A stretch of DNA of 64,000 nt from Pyrinomonadaceae bacterium. Its GTDB lineage: Bacteria > Acidobacteriota > Blastocatellia > Pyrinomonadales > Pyrinomonadaceae. The translations under genes were made by a program, and so were the position numbers. Under the pieces are notes generated by a model, which saw nothing but the letters and a program-made list of their open reading frames with translations, had not been told where the DNA came from and did no database searches. How positions within the stretch are numbered: the first letter of the stretch is position 1; each line of letters opens with the position of its first letter. The stretch is taken from positions 1,131-65,130 of the forward strand of contig DASYTZ010000142.1 of assembly GCA_036001745.1 (NCBI GenBank), given 5' to 3'. Positions 46,184 to 55,866 of the stretch are shown in pieces.

Positions 46184-46906
46184 CTAACTAATATTCGACA
46201 GCGCGCTTTTGTTGCGGGAAACGATCTCGACAATCTCGGCGGGCGAGTCAACAACGTGAAGCCGCCGAAAGTCCTCATCAATGATTTTGCCCTCGCGAAG
46301 CATCGGCCCCTTCAGCCATTCCAACATGCCACTCCAGTATTCCGAGCTGTAAAGCACCACCGGAAAATTGTGAATCTTGCCCGTCTGAATCAGCGTGAGC
46401 GCTTCAAAGAGCTCATCGAGCGTGCCGAAGCCGCCGGGAAAGATGATGAACGCATCGCTGTACTTCACGAACATCATCTTGCGCACGAAGAAGTATTTAA
46501 ATTTCAGTGAAAGCGTGAGGTAATCGTTGGATTTTTGTTCGTGCGGCAATTCGATGTTGCAACCGACCGAGATGCCGCCCGCTTCAAACGCGCCGCGGTT
46601 CGCGGCCTCCATTATTCCCGGCCCACCGCCAGTAATAACGGCAAACCCCGCGCGTGCCAAGAGACCGGCGGTTTCCTGCGCTGCCTTGTAAACAGGATCA
46701 TCCGGCGACGTGCGGGCTGAACCGAATATCGCGACGCCGTTGGTTATGTGCGCGAGGTCCTCGAATCCCTGCACGAACTCGCCCATGATGCGGAACACGC
46801 GCCACGTGTCGGTGTGCAGAAACTCGTCGGGGTGTGGCGTTTCCAGCAGACGCTCGTCATGAGTCCCGCCGGGAACATTTCGGTAGTCGTCGTTATTCAC
46901 AATCAA
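46184..46906 (-). CDS. LOG family / TIGR00730 Rossmann-fold nucleotide-binding protein
   Basis: GGGPGIMEA and PGGFGTLDELFE motifs. The start is TTG at 46906 (TTGA overlap with the fabI stop) or GTG at 46900. Confidence 0.85.
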   Translation of the reverse strand: MIVNNDDYRNVPGGTHDERLLETPHPDEFLHTDTWRVFRIMGEFVQGFEDLAHITNGVAIFGSARTSPDDPVYKAAQETAGLLARAGFAVITGGGPGIMEAANRGAFEAGGISVGCNIELPHEQKSNDYLTLSLKFKYFFVRKMMFVKYSDAFIIFPGGFGTLDELFEALTLIQTGKIHNFPVVLYSSEYWSGMLEWLKGPMLREGKIIDEDFRRLHVVDSPAEIVEIVSRNKSALSNIS

Positions 46907-47667
46907 AGCCCCATGATGTTATAGCCGCAATCGACGAAAATCGTTTCGCCGGTGATGCCGGACGAAAGCGGGCTGCAAAGAAACAGCGCGGTGTCGCCCA
47001 CCTCGCGCACTTCGACGTTTCGTTTCAGCGGAGAGCGTTCGGCGTGATGTTTGAGCATCGTCGATAGACCGGCGACGCCGCGCGCAGACAACGTCTGAAT
47101 TGGGCCTGCACTAACGGCGTTCACGCGAATGTTCTTCGGCCCGAGGTCCGCGGCGAGATATCTTACACTTGATTCGAGCGCGGCCTTGGCGACACCCATC
47201 ACGTTGTAGCCCTGATAAACCTTTTCGGCTCCATGAAAAGTCATCGTCACAATGCTGCCGCCTTCGGTCATCAATGGCGCTGCGGCCCGCGCCAGTTGCG
47301 TCAGCGAATACGCGCTGATTTCCAAAGCAGCAAGAAAAGCGTCGCGGTCGACCTTCATGTATTCGCCTTCGAGCGCTTCCCGTGGCGCAAACGCGATGCT
47401 GTGAATCAGGAAATCGAGCCGCCCAAATTCTTCGCCCACGCGTTTGAATGTCGCGTCGACTTCCTCCTGCTTCGTCACATCGCACGAGTACAAAGGCGAG
47501 TCAGGCATTTCAGCCTTTGTGAGACTCTCAACGTTTTCTTTCAGCCGCTCGCCTTGATAAGCAAACGCCAAACGTGCGCCCGCTTCATGCAGCGCTTGTG
47601 CGGTGGCCCACGCGATTGAGCGCTTGTTGGCAACACCAAAAATAATTCCATTCTTGTTGGTCAGCAT
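46903..47667 (-). CDS. fabI: Enoyl-[acyl-carrier-protein] reductase (NADH)
   Basis: GIIFGVANKRSIAW, catalytic Y...K region (YNVMGVAKAALE), IRVNAVSAGPI. Confidence 0.9.
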   Translation of the reverse strand: MLTNKNGIIFGVANKRSIAWATAQALHEAGARLAFAYQGERLKENVESLTKAEMPDSPLYSCDVTKQEEVDATFKRVGEEFGRLDFLIHSIAFAPREALEGEYMKVDRDAFLAALEISAYSLTQLARAAAPLMTEGGSIVTMTFHGAEKVYQGYNVMGVAKAALESSVRYLAADLGPKNIRVNAVSAGPIQTLSARGVAGLSTMLKHHAERSPLKRNVEVREVGDTALFLCSPLSSGITGETIFVDCGYNIMGL

Positions 47668-47675
47668 GTTTCGGA

Positions 47676-48062
47676 TTACTGCTCGCGCTCCTTCATTTGA
47701 GCTTTCAATTCGGTCGTGCGGTTGTTGGTGACATCGGCGAGGCAGATGGCGGCAATCATCGGCCGCATCGAGCCGCCTTTGTACTCGTCGGCGACGAAGT
47801 CGCAGTTCGCGTCACGATATTTGAGCCAAGCCAGTTGCGCATTCTTAAGTTGCACTTTCTCTTCGTCGTTCAGTTTCGAGGCGAATTGCCCATAGACCTT
47901 ATTGAGCCGGGCATCTGCGGCTTTATACTCCTTGCCCCAGCAGATGTTCAGCTCAGCCTGGCTCTGCGCATCGGCGCACGGATCCGTTTTTTTCGGCTCC
48001 TGGGCCGATGCGATCGCGCACCCAAACAGGAGTGGAATAACAACCTTAACGGCGACTTTCAT
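47676..48062 (-). CDS. DUF1311 / LprI-family (lysozyme-inhibitor-like) exported protein
   Basis: ELNICWGKEYKAADARLNKVY...AQLAWLKYRDANCDF. The start is ATG at 48062 (AAAGGA upstream) or 48077. Confidence 0.75.
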   Translation of the reverse strand: MKVAVKVVIPLLFGCAIASAQEPKKTDPCADAQSQAELNICWGKEYKAADARLNKVYGQFASKLNDEEKVQLKNAQLAWLKYRDANCDFVADEYKGGSMRPMIAAICLADVTNNRTTELKAQMKEREQ

Positions 48063-48085
48063 TTGCGATCCTTTCATGATGACGC

Positions 48086-49111
48086 TTAGGGACCTGTTGC
48101 GTATTTTGTCACCTTGCCATCCTCGATCACGAAGTTTCGATTCGGACAGCAGTCATAAGCCCATTCTGACTTAGGCTGGCCCTTGTCGCCGACCGTTACC
48201 GTAAGCGCCTGGACATAGAAATGAAGGCCGCAGGCCGCGGCGACCATCTCTTCTGTCATCCCGACAGTAACCTCGCCTTTTCTAACTTGGCTCCAAATGT
48301 CCGGAGTCCAATCTGAATGCTGGCTAGCGGGGTCAACAAAATAGAAAAACTTATTAACGTCCCACTCGTATTCTCGCGGCCCGCATTCCTTCCCGGGATA
48401 AAACTGTGCCTTGAAAGCCATGCCGCCGCCAAAATCTGTTCCCATGTAAAGAGCGCCTTCCTGGCCGTCGTCCTTTTTGAGGCGAACGAGAATCTGCGCG
48501 CCGATCACGCCAGGCTCAACTTGCGAGACCATCAACCTCTCCAGGTTTGCCACACTTGTGCTTTCTTCTGTGATATTAGGCGCGGAAATTAGTGTGTGGC
48601 CGGGCTTGTATAAGTTAAAGGCGCCTCTCGCCCAAACTGTCTTTCCTTCCAATTCACCTTTGACCTTCTGAAGCAAAGATAACGGGCAGATGTATTGGGT
48701 GCTCTTGGTCTCGAGCCGTTCTCCGCTGCCTTCGATTTCGATAACGTACTTGCCAAGTACAATGTTGTCCGGCGCTACTTGATTCGTGTCCTCAACCACG
48801 ACTCCGGTCTTGCCGGCGTAAGTGGCGCTCGACAACCCCTGCTTCGGTTTCCCCTCGGGATGAATTCCCATCTCGTCAAAGAGAGGGTCACCACCGATGA
48901 ACTCCTTCTCAGTCAGGTATCCTGACGTGGGATTCCCGAGAATCGCGACTCGTTCACCCTTCAGATTTGCGATCGTTAGTTTTGGCTTGTCATCTTTCTG
49001 CGGCATCGTGGCGAGCGCGCTGGGACCACTATTCGCATTATTAGACTGCGATTTTTGTCCGTTACAAGCGCCCAGAGTAAGGACTAAGGCGAACGGAAGC
49101 AAAGCTTTCAT
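48086..49111 (-). CDS. Hypothetical lipoprotein
   Basis: Lipobox LTLGAC after a signal sequence. I recognised no family. Confidence 0.65.
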   Translation of the reverse strand: MKALLPFALVLTLGACNGQKSQSNNANSGPSALATMPQKDDKPKLTIANLKGERVAILGNPTSGYLTEKEFIGGDPLFDEMGIHPEGKPKQGLSSATYAGKTGVVVEDTNQVAPDNIVLGKYVIEIEGSGERLETKSTQYICPLSLLQKVKGELEGKTVWARGAFNLYKPGHTLISAPNITEESTSVANLERLMVSQVEPGVIGAQILVRLKKDDGQEGALYMGTDFGGGMAFKAQFYPGKECGPREYEWDVNKFFYFVDPASQHSDWTPDIWSQVRKGEVTVGMTEEMVAAACGLHFYVQALTVTVGDKGQPKSEWAYDCCPNRNFVIEDGKVTKYATGP

Positions 49112-49144
49112 CGGAAGACCTCCTTTGAACAGCAGATACTCCAG

Positions 49145-50851
49145 TTAATGCTTGAAATGTCTAATGTCGGTCAAGACCATTGACAGATCATGTTCGTCGG
49201 CGGCGGCAATCACTTCTTCATCGCGTACGGAGCCGCCGGGTTGAATTACCGCGGTGATGCCGTGCTTCGCGGCTTCATCAATGCCATCACGGAAAGGGAA
49301 GAACGCGTCGGATGCCATGACTGAACCGGCAATCGGCAGTTGAGCACGCATCGCGCCAATTTTCACTGAATCGACGCGCGACATTTGGCCCGCGCCGACG
49401 CCTACGGTTTGTTGGTGGCGCGCGTAGACAATCGCATTTGACTTTGTGTGCTTGCAAACGGTCCAGGCGAACAGCAGATCGTCAATTTCTTTATCCGACG
49501 GCGCGCGCTTCGTTACTACTTTCAAAGCCTCGCGCGTCAGCTTATGCGTGTCGCGCGTCTGCGCGAGCATTCCGCTGGTAATCTGCCTGTATTCGAAACC
49601 TTGCGACGGTTTCGGTTTGCCGATGCGAAGCACGCGGAGGTTTTTCTTGCTGGCGAAAACTTCGAGGGCCGCTTCGTCGAAATCGGAAGCGATAACCACT
49701 TCGACGAAGATTTCGCCGACGGCGCGCGCTGCGGCCGCATCAACCGCACGATTAAATGCGACGATGCCACCGAAAGCCGAAACCGGATCACATGCCAGCG
49801 CGCGGCGATACGCCTCTTCGGCAGACGCGCCCAGGGCCGCGCCGGCAGGATTCGTGTGCTTGATGATCGCGCAAGCCAGTTCATCGAAATCACACACGAG
49901 TTGCCACGCCGCATCCGCATCAACGTAATTGTTGAAGGACATCTCTTTGCCGCCGAGTTGCTCGGCAGCGGCTACGCCTTCTGAAACATTCATCCCACCG
50001 CGGACGCTCATTTCGTACAACGCCGCGGCTTGATGAGGGTTCTCGCCGTACCGCAACGCAGAAATCTTGTTGAGCGAGAGTTGTTGCTGCTCCGGAAACT
50101 GGTCGTCTTCTGCGGCGGCCTCAAGCTCGTCACCGTGCAGAGACTTCATCGCTGTCGAAAACAGATTCATGTATGTCGACATCCGCTCGATAATTTCTGG
50201 AATCGGCGGAAACATCTTGGACTGTTTCGCGCCCGCGAGATTCGCGCTCAGGTAAGGGAAAATTGCCGAGTCATAGAACGCAGTGCACATGAAAGCGAGC
50301 CGCGCAAGTTGCTCGCGCGTGGCGAGCGTCAACGCGCCGTCATCGATAATCATTTCTGTCCGGATTTGCCGGTATAAATCGGGCGAAGTGACGACGGCGA
50401 CGTCGCGGTAATTCTTTGCCGCTGAGCGGATCAAGGCCGGTCCGCCGATGTCGATCTGTTCGATGGCGTCGGCCAACGCGGTCTCTTCCCGAGCGACTGT
50501 TTGTTCGAACGGGTAAAGATTAACCACGACCATATCCACTGGTTCGATACCGTGTTGTTGCATGGCCGCCCTGTGCTCCGGATTGTCGCGAACCGCCAAA
50601 AGCGCGCCATGAATCTTCGGATGCAAAGTCTTCACGCGTCCGTCCATCATCTCCGGAAAGCCGGTGATGTCAACGACATCGAGAACATCGATGCCAGCCT
50701 CGCGCAGCGTCTTTGCCGTGCCGCCGGTGCTAATGATTTCCGCGCCAAAACTTTTCAGCTCGAGCGCGAAATCGGCGATACCGGTTTTGTCAGAAACGCT
50801 GATCAGCGCGCGTCGAATCTTGCGCAGGCCTGCGTCGGTTTTTTCAGCCAT
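49145..50851 (-). CDS. purH: Bifunctional AICAR formyltransferase / IMP cyclohydrolase
   Basis: RRALISVSDKTG, GTAKTLREAGI, KTLHPKIHGALL, C-terminal QPGGSVRD. Confidence 0.95.
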   Translation of the reverse strand: MAEKTDAGLRKIRRALISVSDKTGIADFALELKSFGAEIISTGGTAKTLREAGIDVLDVVDITGFPEMMDGRVKTLHPKIHGALLAVRDNPEHRAAMQQHGIEPVDMVVVNLYPFEQTVAREETALADAIEQIDIGGPALIRSAAKNYRDVAVVTSPDLYRQIRTEMIIDDGALTLATREQLARLAFMCTAFYDSAIFPYLSANLAGAKQSKMFPPIPEIIERMSTYMNLFSTAMKSLHGDELEAAAEDDQFPEQQQLSLNKISALRYGENPHQAAALYEMSVRGGMNVSEGVAAAEQLGGKEMSFNNYVDADAAWQLVCDFDELACAIIKHTNPAGAALGASAEEAYRRALACDPVSAFGGIVAFNRAVDAAAARAVGEIFVEVVIASDFDEAALEVFASKKNLRVLRIGKPKPSQGFEYRQITSGMLAQTRDTHKLTREALKVVTKRAPSDKEIDDLLFAWTVCKHTKSNAIVYARHQQTVGVGAGQMSRVDSVKIGAMRAQLPIAGSVMASDAFFPFRDGIDEAAKHGITAVIQPGGSVRDEEVIAAADEHDLSMVLTDIRHFKH

Positions 50852-50909
50852 GTGTTTTTGAAGCGTGGGATATCTTCACTGAATCATGGCATGTGTGCAA
50901 GTTCAGCAT

Positions 50910-51938
50910 TCAATGGACGACAAACTTGTGAGTGTTCGCATAACCGCGATCACCAACCTGATATTCAATTCCGGCCGGAAGGCTCAACGACAAAGGATGT
51001 CGCTTGCCATCGTGCGCCTTTTCATTCAGATAAAAGCCAACCAGGTACTGGCTCTTCAGGTCATCTTCAATCGCCCGAAACACTGGCGTGAGATCGACTT
51101 TGTCCCGGGTCGAGAAAGGCGTGTCACTAACCAGAAAATATTTTCCGCCGGTCTTTTCCGCGAGTTGGCGGAAACCGTTTGCCGCGCGACGGACCGAAAG
51201 ACGTCCATCGCGGGGCTCGAACAGCGGCAGATGAATCACATAAAACGAAATGGTCTTTTCGCGCGCGGCGTCAATGACTGCGCTAGCTCTTGTCTTGCTG
51301 GCATTGTCTAACCCATCGCTTATGAGAATGACGATGCGCCGCTCGCTTCGCACTCGCGGCAGCGCATCAAACATCGCAACGGCTCTGGTCGCCGCATCAA
51401 AAATTGCGGTGTGTTGATTCGCTCGCGCTGCCAGGTCAAATGTGGATTTCGCTGCCGCTGTGTCTCGCGCGAAAGGCGCGACAATCGTTGGCGTTTCGGC
51501 GAAGTGCAGGACAGCGATACTCGACTTGCTTCCGAACCGTTGATAAAGGCCAAGCGCCGCGTCCCTTTGCTCGTTAATGATGTCGCGCAGGCTACCGGAT
51601 TCGTCGAGGGCGAAGACCATTGCAACGCGATCCACACCGGCTGATAAATAAAGATTGTTGGTGACGCGGTCTGGATCTTTCACGAACAGATCGCGGTCGG
51701 TGAGTCCATTCGGTCTCTGCCCGCGCTGATCGCGAATGCGCGCGGGAAAGAGAATCAAGTCGGTGTTGACGCGCAGAATTTCGTCGTCGTCTGCGCGAGG
51801 CCGATCGGTCTGTGCAACAACTTCAGAAGGCGATGAAAGAGTTACTGAGAGAAAGGCGAAGAAAAGACAGCGAGCAAAGAATTTTGGAGCAGGTGCAAGC
51901 CGGAAGGCGGCTTCGCGAAAGACTGTTTGCCGGAACAT
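50910..51938 (-). CDS. Exported VWA-domain protein (VWFA-related, acidobacterial type)
   Basis: MIDAS-like VAMVFALDESGS, plus IVILISDGLDNAS and the C-terminal YLVGFY motif typical of this family. Confidence 0.8.
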   Translation of the reverse strand: MFRQTVFREAAFRLAPAPKFFARCLFFAFLSVTLSSPSEVVAQTDRPRADDDEILRVNTDLILFPARIRDQRGQRPNGLTDRDLFVKDPDRVTNNLYLSAGVDRVAMVFALDESGSLRDIINEQRDAALGLYQRFGSKSSIAVLHFAETPTIVAPFARDTAAAKSTFDLAARANQHTAIFDAATRAVAMFDALPRVRSERRIVILISDGLDNASKTRASAVIDAAREKTISFYVIHLPLFEPRDGRLSVRRAANGFRQLAEKTGGKYFLVSDTPFSTRDKVDLTPVFRAIEDDLKSQYLVGFYLNEKAHDGKRHPLSLSLPAGIEYQVGDRGYANTHKFVVH

Positions 51939-51948
51939 CCGCAGCCCG

Positions 51949-52032
51949 CTAAAACAAAAAGCGGCCGAACAGCAGGATGCTGAGGATGATCACGACTGTG
52001 ATGACTATGAGTTTGACCAGCGTCATTGCCAT
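51949..52032 (-). CDS. Possible 27-aa hydrophobic micro-protein (MAMTLVKLIVITVVIILSILLFGRFLF)
   Basis: Not in the ORF track (below its size cut-off). ATG with GAGG 3 nt upstream. The stop lies 10 nt before the VWA start. Support is coding geometry only. Confidence 0.2.
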   Translation of the reverse strand: MAMTLVKLIVITVVIILSILLFGRFLF

Positions 52033-52125
52033 ACCTCAGGACTGGCGCAAGTTTAGTTAACGGCGATCGCGCGTGTCAATAGGGTTCGGGCTGACGCTGA
52101 ACAAATTTACAAAAATTTAACAACT

Positions 52126-53340
52126 TTAGTTCCAGGCCCTGGTAACGTTCTCGACGACCCACGCAGCACGTTCGAGAATCTTCGCAAGCCCAATCCGACC
52201 GAGATAATTGCCCACTAGAGCGATATTTGGCGGCGGCGCTGGCAGCTGCGAGAGAATTTTCTCCAACCCAACCGAATAGTGTGGGAGCGCGTTTGGCCAA
52301 CGCGTGATATGCACGGCAAGCGGTAAATCGTCTTTGCTGTAGAAACGGCGACGGTCGCTGAGAATTAGTTGCCGGATTTGGTTATCGTCGAGACTTACGA
52401 CTTCCGGATCGAGCGCACCGCCGAAAATCCAGGTTTCGGCGTGTGCGGGACCACGGCCTTCGAAGATGCAATCGTTAAAGAGCACGCCGCGCCCACGAAA
52501 TCCCTGGTCGCTTGGAAATAGACACCCGAAACCTTTGAGACTGGCGGCATTGCGATCGAAGAAGCAAGTCGTCGTCAGCAGCGACAGCATTTCAATTTGC
52601 GCGAGTGACGCGGCGAGTTCGGGAGCAGCTTCTGCCAAATATTCAGCCGACGCGCGCGCCGAAAGACAAACGATTGTCGACTGATCCGATTGAGACTGCT
52701 GAGAGGTTTCAAAAAGAAATTCGACACCTTTCTGTCGCAGGTAATCAATTAGACTATCGATCATCTGCTGCATTCCGTTCGGCGGCGCCACCGTACCGCG
52801 GACCTTCGCTTTTTGCGGCCGATAGGTTTGCAGATGATCGGGTAATTCCGCCCGTCCAAGAATCAAACTTGCGCTCATTCGATTTGGATCGCCCGCGTAA
52901 ATGCCGCCCAGCGCGGGAATCAGAAGATATTCAGTCGCGCCTTTGTTGAGAACGCGTCTTCCCCAATCGGCAATCGTCTCAAACGGGCGTGGTCGCAAGC
53001 GCGTGGCGTTCAAGGCAAGTCCCAGAGGAATGCGCAAGGCTTCATTTGGCGTGAGGGGTAGTTGTCGTGGTTTGCCACGATAGATGAATCGTTTTCTCGC
53101 CTCACGACGCGTCGGTAGCAGCGGCACGCCAATGTCTGCGCACATCGCTTCAACGCGGGCGGAGTTCAGAATTCCATTCGCGGCGGTTTCGATGAGGCCA
53201 TGTTCAGTTCGGATGGTTTTGATGAGCCCGCCGGCGCGCGAGGTCTTTTCGATCACACGTACGTGGCGGCCTGTTTTCGTCAGCAGGTAGGCGGTTACGA
53301 GTCCGGAGAAACCTGCGCCAACGACTGTGATGGGTTTCAC
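52126..53340 (-). CDS. hemY: Protoporphyrinogen/coproporphyrinogen oxidase, FAD-dependent HemY type
   Basis: ITVVGAGFSGLVTAYLL...EKTSRAGGLI dinucleotide fold. I chose the GTG at 53340 so the gene does not overlap hemN. The track ORF extends to 53448. Confidence 0.8.
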   Translation of the reverse strand: MKPITVVGAGFSGLVTAYLLTKTGRHVRVIEKTSRAGGLIKTIRTEHGLIETAANGILNSARVEAMCADIGVPLLPTRREARKRFIYRGKPRQLPLTPNEALRIPLGLALNATRLRPRPFETIADWGRRVLNKGATEYLLIPALGGIYAGDPNRMSASLILGRAELPDHLQTYRPQKAKVRGTVAPPNGMQQMIDSLIDYLRQKGVEFLFETSQQSQSDQSTIVCLSARASAEYLAEAAPELAASLAQIEMLSLLTTTCFFDRNAASLKGFGCLFPSDQGFRGRGVLFNDCIFEGRGPAHAETWIFGGALDPEVVSLDDNQIRQLILSDRRRFYSKDDLPLAVHITRWPNALPHYSVGLEKILSQLPAPPPNIALVGNYLGRIGLAKILERAAWVVENVTRAWN

Positions 53341-53353
53341 GATGACTCGAGGA

Positions 53354-54697
53354 TCAAAGGGCCTGCGAGAAGGTCTTCGCCTGTGGCTGCTGTCGCCGTA
53401 GGCGGTAGTCGAAAAACATGCAGGCATTCCGCAAGAAAGGTCGGCCACTTTCCGTTAGTGTCAGTTTTTCATCGCGGACTTCGACCAGCCCGTCGTTGAT
53501 GAGCGACGACAAAAAGTTTTTCGCATCATCACGCTGATCGTCGCGCAGCTCGACTTCAAATCGCGTCATGAACTTCAGTATCTGTTCCCGCAGTTGCCGA
53601 TCTTCTTCGGAAAGTAAATGACCGCGGAACGTCGGAATCTCGCCCTGGCGCACGCGCCGCTCGTAAACCGGAAAAGCCTTTTCGTTTTGATGAAAGCATG
53701 TCGGCGCTTCGGAAATCGCGCTGACCCCAAGCCCGAGCAGCACGCTGGTTCGTGTTTCCGTGTAGCCCTGAAAATTGCGATGCAGCGTCCCTTTGCGCTG
53801 CGCCTCAGCCATGCCGTCGTGCGGCAGAGCGAAGTGATCCATACCGATTTCGACATAACCAGCATTCTCCAGTTTTGTGCGCGCCATTTCGTAAAGCGCC
53901 CGCTTTTCGCCCGCTTTCGGGATGTCTTCGTCGGTGTAACTGCGCTGTGCCGGCTTAATCCAGGGGACGAGCGCAAAACTGTACAGCGCGATGCGATCGG
54001 GACGCAGGTCGATTGTCTTGTCAATGCTTTCAGCGAACCGATTGAGGGTCTGTTTCGGCAATCCGTAAATCAAATCGTAGTTGACAGACGTGAAGCCCAA
54101 CTCGCGCGCCATGTCGGTGCAGGTCTTCGTCACCTCGTAAGGCTGATTGCGGTTGACGATGCGTTGTACTTCCGGATCGAAATCCTGTACGCCGATCGAG
54201 ATTCGCGTGAAACCAAGCTCGCGAAGTGTTACGAGGTGTTCGCGCGTCGTATGGCCGGGATGAACTTCGACCGAAGCCTCAAACCTTTCCTGATCGATCT
54301 GAGTTTCGGACAAAATCGGTTTCAGAATCTGCTGCAAATTCTCGGGCGCGAAAAACGTTGGGGTGCCGCCGCCAAGATGAACACCCAACAGGGGGCGCTC
54401 GCGCAGTTTCGGAATTCGATCGAGGTAGTAACTCCATTCTTTGAGCAACAGCTCTTTGTAGCCTTCCTCCCTGCCGTGGTTGCGCGTAATCACAGTGTTG
54501 CATGCGCAGAAAGTGCAGAGCGATTCGCAGAAGGGAAGATGGAAATAAAGCGACCAATTCGCTAATTCATCATCAAAGGCTTTCTCCAACTCGTTCAGCC
54601 ACTGCTCAGTAGTCGGCATGTCGCTCCAGAAGGGAACTGTCGGGTAGCTGGTGTAACGCGGCGCCGGGACGTCGTACTTGGCAAAAAGATCGTTCAC
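53354..54697 (-). CDS. hemN: Oxygen-independent coproporphyrinogen III oxidase (radical SAM)
   Basis: PRYTSYPT N-terminal motif and the CESLCTFCAC radical-SAM cluster. The GTG at 54697 forms a GTGA overlap with the hemE stop. Confidence 0.9.
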   Translation of the reverse strand: MNDLFAKYDVPAPRYTSYPTVPFWSDMPTTEQWLNELEKAFDDELANWSLYFHLPFCESLCTFCACNTVITRNHGREEGYKELLLKEWSYYLDRIPKLRERPLLGVHLGGGTPTFFAPENLQQILKPILSETQIDQERFEASVEVHPGHTTREHLVTLRELGFTRISIGVQDFDPEVQRIVNRNQPYEVTKTCTDMARELGFTSVNYDLIYGLPKQTLNRFAESIDKTIDLRPDRIALYSFALVPWIKPAQRSYTDEDIPKAGEKRALYEMARTKLENAGYVEIGMDHFALPHDGMAEAQRKGTLHRNFQGYTETRTSVLLGLGVSAISEAPTCFHQNEKAFPVYERRVRQGEIPTFRGHLLSEEDRQLREQILKFMTRFEVELRDDQRDDAKNFLSSLINDGLVEVRDEKLTLTESGRPFLRNACMFFDYRLRRQQPQAKTFSQAL

Positions 54698-55866
54698 TGC
54701 AAAACCTCTCTGACTGTATTCACAAATAGTCGGACGTTTTCTTCGGGAGTCTTCGGCAAGACGCCATGACCCAGGCCGCAAATCCAACCGGTGCGATCGT
54801 GCTTCAATAATGGCTTAAGAAATTGTTCAAGATGTGATTTGAGCTCGTCACGGCTGGCGAGCAGAAGGTTCTGATCGAAGTTTCCCTGCACGAAGCCTTG
54901 AGCAAACATGTCAAAGGCTTCGCGCAAATCCCAGTGATGATCGACTCCGATACCAGCCCAGTCTCCGTTCGTGAACAGACTATGATTCAGATGATCGCGC
55001 GTGGTTGCTTTCGAGTAATAGCCAAGGCGTGACGGAAAATTGCGCGTAAGGCGCTCAAGCTGTGGAACAACTTCTGTCTGAAAAACTTCCGGCGCCAATT
55101 CACCCGCCGCCGTGTCGAAAATCATGACCACTTCGGCTCCATTCGCGAGCTGGATTTCTATGTTTCGAATCAGCAGCGGCACCAGCGTTTCGCAGAACTG
55201 TTCGAACAGCTTTAGTTCTTTGACGGCGCGCTCGACGTTCTTGTGTGTGCCTTCGACCGCATAAACGAAAAGCGTCCACGGCCCGCCGACAAAGCCAATC
55301 AAGCTCTTATCATCCGGCAGTAACGTTCGCGTTTCGCGCACCGCATGACCTTGAAACAGGAGATGCGGCCACGCTTCTTTAATGCCGCGCAGTCTCTCGA
55401 CCGTTTGGGCCGTAAGTTGCCGGCCGAGTTGCGGCCCGGCGTCCGTGTAGTCAAGCCCCATCCCCAGCGCTTCGAGCGGGAACAGCAGATCGCTGAACAA
55501 AATTGCCGCATCAAAATCGAAATCCAGAACGGGCCCGAGCGCAACGTGTGCCGCCAGCTCCGGCTGCTTGCACAAATCCATGAACGAAAATTGGTGGCGC
55601 AGATCCTGATAGTGCCGATGATAACGACCGGCCTGGCGCATCAGCCAAATCGGAGGCGTTGCCTGCGGAATTCGAGCCAAAGCGTTTTGGAACCGAGTAT
55701 TTGCTGGACGATCGTTGGCCGCGCTTTCAATCTCAGTCACACCTCGCTTCAGCGAGGTGGATTCGCTCACGGCGAGGTCGTCGAGCCGTTTCAACGGCTT
55801 ATCAAAAAACGGTTGGTCTTTGTCACCTCGCTGAAGCGAGGTGTTAATGAGAGTTTCTTTTGTCAT
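54694..55866 (-). CDS. hemE: Uroporphyrinogen decarboxylase with an unusual N-terminal extension of about 45 aa
   Basis: NDR...PIWLMRQAGRY aligns with the canonical HemE N-terminus. The ATG at 55866 overlaps the regulator stop (ATGA). An in-frame GTG at 55740 is an alternative start. Confidence 0.9.
   Translation of the reverse strand: MTKETLINTSLQRGDKDQPFFDKPLKRLDDLAVSESTSLKRGVTEIESAANDRPANTRFQNALARIPQATPPIWLMRQAGRYHRHYQDLRHQFSFMDLCKQPELAAHVALGPVLDFDFDAAILFSDLLFPLEALGMGLDYTDAGPQLGRQLTAQTVERLRGIKEAWPHLLFQGHAVRETRTLLPDDKSLIGFVGGPWTLFVYAVEGTHKNVERAVKELKLFEQFCETLVPLLIRNIEIQLANGAEVVMIFDTAAGELAPEVFQTEVVPQLERLTRNFPSRLGYYSKATTRDHLNHSLFTNGDWAGIGVDHHWDLREAFDMFAQGFVQGNFDQNLLLASRDELKSHLEQFLKPLLKHDRTGWICGLGHGVLPKTPEENVRLFVNTVREVLQ
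55740..55843. repeat. Pair of 20-nt palindromes (CACCTCGC-TTCA-GCGAGGTG and CACCTCGC-TGAA-GCGAGGTG) bracketing a third hairpin (AGCCGTT-TC-AACGGCT)
   Basis: Copies at 55740..55759 and 55824..55843 are exact reverse complements of each other. The central hairpin is at 55784..55799. All of it lies inside the 5' part of the hemE ORF. Confidence 0.8.

Noticed and set aside
53618-54565. 315-aa ORF antisense to hemN
   Set aside because: Shadow ORF inside hemN with no motifs.
53354-54697. Whether the radical-SAM gene is the heme chaperone HemW and not HemN
   Set aside because: It has the N-terminal PRYTSYPT segment and full length (about 447 aa), both characteristic of true HemN. HemW-type proteins are shorter and lack this segment.
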